DNA of 64,000 nt from Psammoneis japonica (taxonomy: Eukaryota): NCBI GenBank assembly GCA_008632985.1, contig QPGO01000254.1, forward strand, positions 1-64,000. The letters are read 5' to 3'. Position numbers and translations under genes: made by a program. Under the pieces are notes generated by a model. It had not been told where the DNA came from. It saw only the letters and a program-made list of their open reading frames with translations, and did not search any database. This document shows positions 48,721-60,176 of this stretch, in pieces (within the stretch, counting starts at the first letter, position 1; each line of letters opens with the position of its first letter).

Positions 48721-51700
48721 CTAGCACAGCAAAAAACTGCTGGGCCATTTCCTCATCTCATCCCTCCAATCGGGCATTCTCCTCTTGAAGGACAGGAACG
48801 GGAACAGTTCCTTCGGGTTGTAATTTCCACAGTCTCGTAGGAACTCCAGGACTGCCTCAGCTTCTTCATGTGGCAGCGTTTCCCGAATTTCCTGTTCCGT
48901 GACTCCCAAATGTGATGCTTCCTGGTCAGATGGTTTTCCTGGCCAATCCACACGGCACTCCTCCACAATCTCCTGGGAAGCCTGGCAGAGCGTCACTTGG
49001 GCACATGCCATGTCCTGTGTCATGCCCTGCACCAGTGCGCATTCCTCGATGTCATCCAAATTGCACGCGGTTTGGGCCAGTGACCAAATGGTGCACGGGA
49101 TTATGACGTGGCACCTCTGGAGCTTTGGATGAAACAATGTTTCCATCACATCCCTCAGGTTTTTGCCAAAGAAGCGATTTCCGAGTGTCGACTGCAGCCA
49201 CTCCCCTTTTTGCATCCAGCAGTGGTCCATGCAAATCTGAGTGAAGCCACTTTTGTTACAATCAATCACTGTTCCAAACCGCGTCTTGACCCTTTGGGCA
49301 AAATTTTTGGCGGACATGTTGCAATTCAAGTGACAAGCGGGGCTGCCATCCTGCAGGGACACAGTGCATGCATGAACATTTGAGTTCGTGTGGAGATCCT
49401 GAACGACTTGACACCTTGCCTCATCTCTTCTTTGCTGAGTGGATTGGACAGCCTCCACCCCACGGTCCGAACATGTCTCATCCAATGTCAGGTTTCCGGC
49501 CATGATGGGCCTCGTCATGCAAAGCCACAGGACATTTGCACCTCCATCTTGTCTGGGGATGACATGACAATGTGAAACAAAAGCACAGGAGGAGTCATGT
49601 TGCGGATTAAGATTTGTGAAAAACATGACACCAAACAATTGTAGGAGTTCTTCGGCTGTTGACAGACTTGCGCAAAAATGGCATTCACACATTTGTCCAT
49701 GTCAAAATCTTGCACTTGTGAAAGGACCGGTGGCTCGGGTCGATCGTACGTGGTTGCGTTACTTGCATCATCTTCATCGGATTCTTGATCCTTCGACTGA
49801 AGGACAACAGAATCTACCATGACAATTGGAACGCGGCAGTCATTTTCAGGACACGAGCAGTCCTCCGACAACACAGACTCCTCCAAAGACAATGAGCTCA
49901 GTTCATTGTCTGCGGTGAGTCGAGACTCCTCCGAATCCAATGAGCTTGGTTCATTCTCCACGTCAAGTTGACAATCCTCCAAAGACAATGAGCTTAGCTC
50001 ATTGTTTGCGGCGAGTCTAGACTCCTCCGATGACAATGAGCTAAGTTCATTGTCCACGGGCAGTCCATCAACAATGGAGAAAACACTGGCACCGTCTGAT
50101 TGCCCGGCTGATTCACACACAAATGTGTGCGATTCAGCATTGTCTTGTGATTGGCAAAGGTTGGGGTCGTCGTCAACACACTCCAAAATTTCATGCTCGG
50201 TTGACCCATGTGGCTTACAGAGACGCTGGCCAGAAGGAGAGAAGGTAAACAGGTCTTGTCCTGAACAGGGTCCTTGGAAAACACAATCAAAAATGCAGGT
50301 GCAGCGATTGTCTGAATTCTCACAAAGTTTGTGCTCAGTTCCGTTCTAACCATGCTCTTCGGTTCCTGTTTTGGATGATGTCCTTTGGTGCATGAGCGGC
50401 CTTTCTTCCGGTTGGATGTGCCCCAGTTGTGCGGCAGCTCCCGAATTGAAGACAGGACAGACAATGTTGTTGAGTCTTGGATGGTCTTTCACTGCGACAC
50501 CTGCCAGCACCAGACATTGCAGCACCAACATGAGACGAATCTCACTGAAATCTGCTCCCCGGTCTGCCCAAGCATCACATGCTGCCTTGCACCATTGTTC
50601 CATTAAGTTGGGACAGAACTCGTTGGTGTCAACGTTGTCGTTCATCCAGAGAAGCACAGCATAGATTTCTTCCACCATTGCGTCAATTGGGTCATTCGCG
50701 GTTCCGACGTGACAAGGGTCTAGAAATACATCGCAAAATTTCTCATACGTCAAATTGGTGGGGCTGATCCCACCCACCTGTGGGTCACCGAATGGCACCC
50801 CAAATGTGTTCTGCAAGCAATCGGCAAAGTTGACAAACGGGTCAGCACCTTCGCAACAAAGGTTGGGAAGATGCTTGTCCCCCACGCAGTAAAATCGGTG
50901 ACATCCGGTGGGATGACCAGCATGGATCGCCAAACGAATGACTCGTTTTGGGTCGGGACCCGATCGGCACACAATGTTCTTGAAATGGCAGATCACTGTG
51001 ACTGGGGCAGATGAGTGGAAGTCCCTGACTGGGAAAGTCGGGAACTTGAGTCGATCCATGTGCACCTCAACATGTGAAGAGTCGCCACCTCCACCAATGA
51101 GAACATTGTCCCACGGCCTGTTGTCATCAAGGGAAAGATGCTTGAATGCAATGCTGGAAAGCGACACATCGGGGTGGGTGGGACCATCGTGCTGTAAGTC
51201 CAAGTCTTTTAAATGCAAAATCAAGCTGAGCTCGATTGTGGTGCATGCGAGCAAGCACAGGCTTCATGTCACACTGGTCATCGCAGCATTCACCAACGGT
51301 CCTTCTGCTGTTGGCAACAACCTTGAAGGACCAGATGTCGCCAAAGGCATCCATGATGAAGAAGCAACCTGCAGCTGTCTTCCTGCATCAATGCCAGATG
51401 CAGTTTTTATTGTCATGGTGACCATCACAGTCTTGACCCCGGGAAATGCACAATCCCTGCATGGCAACGTCCTCACGTTTGAAGAAGAGACAGCCCATTT
51501 CGTTGCCCAACTTTTGCGAGCATTCCTCGCACCGAAGTGACCAGTTAAATGGTGGTGGATTGCTCAGTTTTTCAGCTCTACCTCATTTTTGCAAAGCTGA
51601 GTCGAGTCAAGGATGTCGGCTGCCATCGCCTTGATTTTGGAGGTCTCGTTGGCGTCAAAGTTGTCATCGGGCTCAAAGACATCAAGTCCGCAAGCAGCCT

Positions 51701-53662
51701 TTGGTTTGGCCAGTTTGGCAGAACCAGGTGTCTTGGGGTGATGCGCTCTCCCAGCACAGCCGAACTTTGTCCTGCGTGCTTTGCCGTTTTGAACTGCAAC
51801 CGGTCCGTCACATGTCAAATCGGACTCTCCCTTCAACAAAATAAATAGAAGAAGGGCAGGAATGCACACACGAAGGCACCCAAAGTGCCCTTTGTACAGA
51901 GAGTTAGCCTGACGGGCGACGGAGAGTTCCTCGGAGAAGTGATCAAGGTTGGGAGGGTGCTCGGTTCGAACACGAGATGTGGTGGCAGAATCACATGATG
52001 GCACATTGTTTGAGAATGTGTGCCAGTTTTCCCGCAAGTTGTCCGCCAGGCAAAAGTCAGCGGCAGAATGATGAAGCACCCGATCAGTGTCGGTGGCTTT
52101 GTCAATGATGTGCAGGTGTGACAAATGAGAAGAAACTTCCTTGGTGGTGGCGGGTCGACACTTGGGCGGGTCAAAGCGATCGCGGAGTGTGGACAGGTCC
52201 AGCCACGACATGTTGTCAGGGTCGCTGGGAGGAGACGTGATCGCGGGAGGATTAGCTGAAACAGAAGGAGGAGAGGAATGAGGTTTGGATGAAGGACCTT
52301 TGGAGGTAGAAGTGGGTTTTGGGTTTTCCACAATTTCTGAGAGTGACGGAAGGTCGGCGGTGAGAGTCCGGTGCGCCTCCCTGGACGACGGAACATCACC
52401 AGAAAGCGATGGAGGGGCTTGTTTCTTGCGAGATGCAGGCTTGGCCTTCTTGTTGGGAACGGTCAAGGAAGGCTCTGGTGGGTCGTGAACAATCATGGGG
52501 TGTGAGAAGAGACATTGAGACGACAGATGCTGGCAGAAAGGTAGAAGGCGGGAGGTGGGGGGGGGTTCTCACCATCGTACAAACAGGTGCCATCCTTGCG
52601 GGTCCTCCCAATTTTTGTGTTTGGTTTTAGAGTTGTAGATTTGTTTGTTGTCGTCTTCCAAGCAGTCGGCCCTCTGATCACGCAGTCTGCAATGGAGCAT
52701 TGTGAGCTGCTTGCTGCACCCAGGTCGGATGCCAATTTGCTCCTTGGGACAACGCTTCCCAAATTCGTGATTCAACATGGAGTTGATTTTTTCTTCACAA
52801 GCCTCACGGCGTGCAAGGGAATCGCCTTGCATTGTCACTGTGTTCTTCATGTCACCAGTTGAGTCGGCAAGGAACCCCTTGATCTCACCCGCCTGGGCAC
52901 CAGGATCATTGGTGTTGCACGCAACCAGAAAGCTGTTGACAAAGAGGCGCCATTCCTTTTGGGTTTTGATGTGACGGAAAATCTTCAAGAACCAACAGTC
53001 ATGATGATGTCAGTGACAAAACAGGCACTGTGGAGGTCTTGGGCTCGATCGTTGATCAAACTTTGGAGACTTTTGCACCGTAAAAATCGGGTGCAAGGCT
53101 TGCCGGATAAAGGATCATTTGGGTCATCTCTGGCAATGATCGTGTGAACAAATTCTGCCATTGCCTGGATGTTGCGGTGAAGAAGCATGCGGTTCTGCTG
53201 TTCTTTTTCTGTCTCTCCAGATGTTTTGGAGAAATGCAGAGCCTCCTTGAGATTTTTACATTGCAGGACATGTTCACCTTTCGCACGGCGGGATTTCTTG
53301 ATGGACCAACCACGAGTCATGATGCAGGACCAAATGTCGGGATAGCCAAGGGTTTTCCTTACAATGTCATTGGTGCGGGTGACTTTGGCAACACAAGGAA
53401 CATGGCGTAACTTTGGCTTGTGACAAAGGAAGGGAAGAGCGAGGAATTCTGGAGAGGGGGTCCAATTCGTCGACTCCAAAAACTTCTTTTTCGAGGCACG
53501 CGTTGCAATCATGCTTTTGAGCTTGGGTTGGAACAATTCGAATCCGAAACCGTTGGTGAAACATTCCATTTCATTGAAATTACAGTCCTTGGTAATTTGG
53601 AAAGAAGGGTCAGGGTTGACCTCATCGTCAGACGGGGTAAAGTCGTTAGACGCCATGGCCAA
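48721..53662 (-). pseudogene. Large transposon cargo gene(s), fragmented
   Basis: Chain of same-strand ORFs (52985-53662, 52569-52988, 51564-52496, 50346-51254, 49515-50186, 48721-49692), some in frame across single stops. Confidence 0.5.
49875..50054. repeat. Tandem repeat, 48-bp period, about 4 copies (NELSSLS.EES)
   Basis: AATGAGCT at 49891, 49939, 49987 and 50035. Confidence 0.9.
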
Positions 53663-54211
53663 TAGTCAGTTGCCGATTCACGTAGAATGCACAGGATTCA
53701 CAACAGCACACCCTCTCGTCAAATGCATTTTGGGGAGAGGGTGTGCTGTTGTGAAATGGGTGGAGAACTGTGCATGTAGAAAAGGTGCCAAAATGCAGGC
53801 AGGGACCTGTTGACTGGACAACTGGAGCAAGCAGGTGGAAATGATGAGCTGGTGTTCCTGGGTGATTGCGTGGCCGACTGGGGCGAGGGAGAAATGCCAT
53901 TGTCTGTGGTGATGCAAGGCTGCGGTGAAGCTGTTGAAAAGCACCATCAAAGTCAACGTTTCCACAAATGTGCGACAAATTAATCAAAACAAAAAGCATT
54001 GTTCAACAACAAAGGGCTCATTGAAATTCTTTGGTGACTTAAAAGCAAAACAAAACGGTGACAATCACCAACATAAAACGGCAATGACAAACGCAAATTG
54101 ACTGTCAAAATAAAAATGAACTGTCACTAACAACAGTGCACTTTTGTTTAATTAAATGTGCCAAAATTTCCAAAGGAAAGTGAACAACACTGCATTGCGG
54201 CCTCTGATGTG

Positions 54212-54950
54212 TTTTGCATTGGATGGTGGAACTGGGGCACATTGACATTGTGGTGCCGGTCTCTCTTCTATCTTCTTGCTTGGCAGCGCCAAGGGTTGGG
54301 CACCTGGATGAGGTGTTCCATGTCTTTGCCCATTTGAAGGCACACGCCAGGTCAGCAATGGTGTTCGACGACACGGAACCGACCTTCGATCAATCACGTT
54401 TTCAGGAATGTGACTGGTCGGAATGCCATCCTGGGGCAGCCGAAGCCATCCCTCATGATGTCCCTGAGACTGGGGGGAACAGTGTGTCACCACCACATGC
54501 TTCGTCGATGCGGATGATGCTGGTTGTCAAGTAACGCGTCGATCCCATGCAGGGATCATTGCATTTATGCAGCGGGCCCCAATTTTGTGGCACTCAAAGA
54601 GGCAGAACACCGTGGAATCCTCAACTTTTGGGTCGGAATTTGTTGCGATGAAGATTGCTGTGGAGCAGATCGAGGCTTTTTGATGTAAGCTTCGTATGAT
54701 GGGGATCCCCATTGCTGGCCCCACTAACGTCTTCTGTGACACCGAGGCCGTGTTCAAGAACTCGACGCGGCCCAAGTCGACACTCAAAAAGAAACACAAT
54801 GCCATTGCATGTCACCGGACACGTGAGGCTCAAGCTGCAGGCATTGTGCACATTGCTTGGGAGGATGGCGAAACTAATCTTGCCGATGTTCTCACCAAGT
54901 TGATGCCCGGACCGAGGCTCCGGGAGTTGATTCGTCACATTCTGTGGTGA
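54212..54950 (+). pseudogene. Copia RT C-terminus and RNase H
   Basis: WMVELGHIDI, SKRQNTVESSTFGSEFVAM, VFCDTEAV, KKKHNAIACH, NLADVLTK. Confidence 0.92.
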
Positions 54951-55163
54951 GAACGTGTTTTTTAGTGGCGGGTAAAACACCCGAGCCCAACATAGTTGCG
55001 GCATCACTGATTGGTTCGTTTTCCAGACGAACCGGGATTTTCCGTTTCCAAAATGGAGACGGTTTTGCCCATCCCGAGATGTGGTTTTTTGAATTAGCCT
55101 GGAAAGGGCCGGCAACGCGGACGCACAGGGTCGAATTGATCCCACCGAAGCTAGCATCTGTTC

Positions 55164-55171
55164 GAGGGGAC
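55164..55171 (+). promoter_or_regulatory. Polypurine tract GAGGGGAC
   Basis: Directly precedes the 3' LTR. Confidence 0.75.
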
Positions 55172-55346
55172 TGAGTAAATGCAGTCATGCTGTTGCTGAA
55201 CATGTTATTTGGCAAAGACCATCACTGTCACTAATATAGAGGGTGGCATAGAATGACCTCACAATTTCTAGAATCTGTTGTTTGCCGCACCAACACTTTC
55301 TATCGTATCTTGTCAAATTCCCAGAGACTGCGGCGTAAATTACTCA
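55172..55346 (+). repeat. 3' LTR (175 bp)
   Basis: TGAGTAA...TTACTCA terminal inverted repeat; matches 35745-35879. Confidence 0.92.
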
Positions 55347-55669
55347 GAAACCGAGTCGTGCATTGACTGTTTCAGATTTGATTTCCAGCCGCCATGTCAC
55401 AATTCAAAACTGAAACATTGAATTGCCGTTTCTTCATCGACCCTTCGTGTCGCAAAGGGTGCCAATTGAACGGCTTGTCGAGTTGGTGACCTGGACAAAC
55501 TCACAGAGGCGGAAGCGAAATCTCATTGAACGGTCAATAATAACGCGCCAAAAGAACACATTTCTTTCGGAGACGCCCCACCCCAGACATTGCAAAACTT
55601 TGTTACTGGATACTACGGGACGCTCTTTCGAAAAATTCAGCACTTCGTCATCTCACCTAACTTAGAAAC

Positions 55670-56429
55670 ATGGGCAACAATGCATCTTCCTTGGTGCCCA
55701 CAGCCAACAAACACGACTCAGCATACTTCTTGCACCAACAAGAAACCAATGAGACTGTGGATTCCATGTCACTACTTAGCAGCTACGTAGCTAGGTATGA
55801 AGCATATGTCGACAATGTGGCCTCAGCATTAACGGGAACTACTCTAGGGCCCTAGCTACTCTTTCGAAGGGAGCTTGAAAACGAGGACGGAAGAAGGTCG
55901 CACGCATTTCAAAAAAGTCTTGCTAGTGTCCGGTCGATTGAGCACTCGCGGAATGAACAAGATTTTGAATGAAATGTGCAAAAAAGGAATGCTGTTGAAC
56001 AATCTTTCAATCGAAATGAATCTGCAAGTGACCATTCCCGATGCCGCTATCGGCTTATTGCGGGCTGAGCAGTACGAAGTCGCCTCGCCTACTCTTGCTT
56101 GTACTGCGTCAGAACGTCGTTTTCGGCAGAAAGCTATTAGTTTCGGTAGGACACTCAAAGTCGCCTTGGCATACACAGATCTGGAGACTGATAGTCTGGT
56201 CTTTTCTGCACCAAAGACTGAGATTTCATCGATTATTCACAATGACAGCATCTCATAGTCTCCGGAGGAATGTTGCATTTGCCTGGAACCGCTCTTTCCA
56301 GGACAGAGGAACGTTCACCTACGGTGTGGTCACAGGATTTATTTTGAGTGCTACACAAGAACACTTGAATCATCGTCATCGGATCGACGATGCCCCCTTT
56401 GCCGACAACCCATGACTCGCATGCCCTAG
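55670..56429 (+). pseudogene. RING-finger protein with MGN N-terminus; frameshift near 55850, in-frame TAG at 56256
   Basis: After the TAG the same frame reads CCICLEPL..LRCGHRIYFEC..RCPLCR. Confidence 0.65.
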
Positions 56430-56825
56430 GGATCGATGTGCTGGTGTATTAGCGATAAGGTATCATAGTGAGATTTTCATACCCGAAAGAGTAGAATTTG
56501 CCTCAGCATCGCTTTGTCGGTATTTCCCTCTTCACAAGCACGCGTCAGCCGTTCAATCCGATTCTAATTCCAACGGAGTAATGAGTGACGAGACGCTGGC
56601 AAGGCTTTATTCAGGCCTTGGTTACGTTTCTCCAAATATTCCGCATCTTCCTTCTTTGAAGCCTTTCAGTGTATTTTCTCTTACTGTTGCCGTTCTTACC
56701 TAGATTGTATGGCTATCTCGGAGAAAGACACATGAACGATCCCTTCACCAAAAGGAGATACTATATTGCATGCATATTAGTTCTTTACCAGCGTAAAGCA
56801 TGCAGGAGCAGCACTATCCATAACA

Positions 56826-59590
56826 TTATCCTTCAGCTTCAACGACTGTCAGTTTTGACAGCTTGACCAATCCCTCAATCGATGAGCGGCAGTACTTCCA
56901 ATCAAGGACTCGACGTTGCTGGAAAATTCCTTGTAATCCAGATAGAGTTGAAGCTTTACCTTTTCGCCGTCACTCATACCTCCCGAAGAAACACCCCGTC
57001 TAGCTCGGCGATTCCGGAGGGCAACTTCGGTTCGTTCCACCGTTGCCAGCAGTTCCTCAACCGCTACACTGTAGCGAAGAGCAACTGTGGAAATGACTGC
57101 AACTTTCCAGTTGCTCCCCACGTGGGGCGGTGTGCGATTGTCAAACTCTGTAACAAACTCGGAGAGCGGTCTCAGAACCATGGAGACAAACGGTGAAGCT
57201 TTGGTTGGCGGAGGACGATTGGTCATGCGGTAGGTAGCACCGACACCCTTGACAGCGGCCAATGGACCACAGCATTTGGAGGTTAAAATGTCTACAATGA
57301 CAGTGTTCCAGCACTTGCCAACAAGTTTACTAATAGGCTCGGCTGCTTCCGTCAACACTTGGGAAACGAGTTGGCGAATCTCGTCCTTGTTTGCGGAATC
57401 CTCAGAGATTGCCTCGCACACAATATCAACATAGTCATGTGCGAGACTCGTCCCCAAAACAGTCAAGTCCCACGCTACCACGGCTACATCGCGAGGGTTC
57501 TCTGCCCAATAATAAGGCTCGCGAACGACGGTTGTGGTGGAAGAGGAATCCCCATTCATGACTCCATTGGCGGCCTCACCATCTTGTTCGGTTTGTTCTG
57601 GTTCTTGCCCAAACTGGATCTTCTTGTCGAGTCCATCTTGACAAAAGACAATCATACGCCCGACCAACTGGACCGCACCGCGTAAGAATCGATGAGACAA
57701 TGGCCGGATAATCACGTCGGGTTTCCATAGACACAAGAGAATATCGTAGAGCTCCATAAAGACTGGCAATTCCAATCCCATGGTGTCACGCATACGTTCG
57801 GCATCACTTGGAGAACCCGTAAACACCATGGACGTTTCCCAGCCTTGACCTACTTGCACACTATCCATGGCTGTGTTGAGTCGTTTGCACGTCTCGCCAA
57901 AGCGTAGCTGTAGTAAATGGGCAAGTTCCACTTTTTCGAAAAGTCACTGGTAATGGCATGACGATAAATGCGTTGCTGTGCTTTCTGAATCATGTCTGGA
58001 GTTAAGTTTGGTTGAAAATACAAATCTTGCAAACAAGTGACTTGTTTATTCTCTTGCGGATCCTCCTCCTTGGTATCTTGGAGCAGTCGTGTTGCTAGTT
58101 TCGAGAGGAAGGAATCCAATGCGGAATAGTTTGCCTACAAGAATCATGTCAGAATGCAATTGTTAGCCCATGGATGTCAAATAATCCATCCGTCACATTC
58201 TCGATTTATTAACACACACACACACACAAACACACACACCTGCAAGACACTGGCAATACCCGGTGAAAAGATTGCCATTTTAATTCCTTGATCCGCCATG
58301 AGAGTCGTGGCAATGGGGACCCAAACACCCTCGGTAACCAAATCGACACCACTCAGCGCCATGGCCTCGGACAGTTGCAAAATCGAACCATAACTGGTTG
58401 TAATGGTATTGGCCACCTCATCCAACAAGGCAGGCAAACCGGCGCATTCTCCCCTTCCACCTCCTTGGTCCAGGGTTCCCATGGAAACCTTGGAACGAAT
58501 GCAGGGCCTGAGCGAATGGACAGTATAATTGTCAGAGGACAAAATGGCTGAGCATACAACAATAGGTTCAAATTGAAATAACTTACATGATTGCCACCCT
58601 TGCAAAGACGCTCTCGACATCCTTGCCCCGTCCCAACACGGCAAGACCTCTCATGCAGTGCCCAAACATCAAGAGATCCTATACCGTACAAACAGAGCGC
58701 ACGTCAGATTGAAGTTTCCATAAATCTTACACACACACACATCTCCGGTACACTCGATACTCACCTCTCTGCTAGAACACTCCTTGTTGTTAGTTTGTAC
58801 ACTTTGCAACAATTTCTCCAATCGAATCGTAAGACAAGAAATCACATTGGTTTCCAAGGTACGAATCCGTGGTGCGAGTTTCAAAATGAATTGAGCTTGT
58901 TCGGTGCTTTCCGTAGTAGTAGTCGAATTATTGTTTTGAGAAGTCATGGACGAGATCCGTTCGGTACTCGTTTTGACTTGATCAATCAAACAGACAGCTG
59001 TCAAGGCAGCTCGTTCCAAGCCCAAGGCTAAATCCAAATCTTCTGTATTAGTAAGAATCGATACGGTACGTTCGTTAGCATCAGTACGTGATCCATATTA
59101 CAGTAGTATGATGAGTTGCAAAAGAAACGCTCTCTACGCTACTGCTTCTCAACTTACCGTATTCTTCCTTTTCTACTTCATTCTCGTTTTTACGTTTTCT
59201 TTCATTCTCCACTTGCAATTCTGCCGCCACCAAATCTTGATACAAATCGGCACATTCTTGGGCTTGCGAAATGCGGCTCTGTTGGAATTGTACTTGTGTA
59301 CCCTGAATGCTCACGAGGGATTCAATTTCCTTTTTGAGTGTGGATTCCATTTCTTCCGCTGCCACCACCATGGGTTGTAATTCGGTTTGAAGGAGATGCA
59401 AATCGGGTGGCAAACTCGAGAGGGAGGTGCCAATGTGCAACAAGTCTTGACCCGAACGAGACGATGCGAGCTTTTGTGTGAGTTGCGTAGAGACCGTGTT
59501 GGACGACTCTTTGAGCTGTTTGAGCTTGTTCTCTAAAGCAAGAGTCGACATGTTGCCACTGACTGTTGTGCTATTCTTGATGGATGTCAT
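56826..59590 (-). CDS. COG2: Conserved oligomeric Golgi complex subunit 2, multi-exon, apparent indels near 57910 and 56885
   Basis: IFSPG, WNLPIYY(Q)LRF, YRMTNRPPPTKASPFV..VLRPL, SDGEKVKLQLYLD. Confidence 0.8.
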
Positions 59591-60176
59591 TGTAATATAG
59601 TTAGGATTGATACAACATATCTCACACAACAGGATCTCTCTCTCGTTGTGTTGCGGTGCGGTGTTTTCAAAGTCATTTTGTGTCTGTCTTGTCAAATTGT
59701 CAGTCTACAGTACCTGGGTGTGTTACTACGCGAGGTTGCGCGTGTTGTGATCGCTGACTATAGGTACGAAGATAATCAATGGTAGTGTTTATATATGTTA
59801 TATATTTATTAAGACATTTGAATAGAAAGCATTTGAGAGACTTTTCGATTGAAATGCTTACCTACATCATTTATTAAACATATGACAAAATAAAACATAT
59901 AGCATGAATAAATACAAATGTTATCACTCCCAACAGATTTTCGTAATGACGGTACTGCCAGGCGTGGCGTAGAATTATACGCAGATTCAATACCGATTCG
60001 ATATTGAGCAAAATGGACATTGCATACCATTCCACGCAATACAAAATTTACGTTGCTTTCACGTAGAAAACGCGAATTGAACGAGACAGTGAAAAATTCA
60101 TGCGGCAGTCTCTCCCATTTCACTCTCCACGCTGGGTGCTGACTGAGGGAGTAACCATAATACAACAACAACAACC

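Larger units (their letters stand above)
41589..54209. mobile_element. 12.6-kb Plavaka-like (CMC/EnSpm-related) DNA transposon nested in copia RT
   Basis: TIR CATCAGAG..CG.AATG..GTG at both ends, TG on both flanks (41587-41588, 54210-54211); excision restores the frame FQGLIG-VLHWMVELGHID. Confidence 0.88.
35745..55346 (+). mobile_element. Full-length Ty1/copia (CoDi-like) LTR retrotransposon with two nested insertions
   Basis: Paired LTRs, PBS-like site, PPT, gag-PR-IN-RT-RNaseH order, GAAA on both outer flanks (35741-35744, 55347-55350). Confidence 0.95.

Noticed and set aside
36336..54950. Alternative genetic code or RNA editing as the explanation for missing Tyr
   Set aside because: Neighbouring host genes use TAT/TAC normally, and the changes also hit non-coding LTR/TIR DNA and both strands
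36336..54950. Classical fungal RIP
   Set aside because: RIP converts CpA to TpA and raises TpA; here TpA is lost and conserved motifs polarise the change from TA
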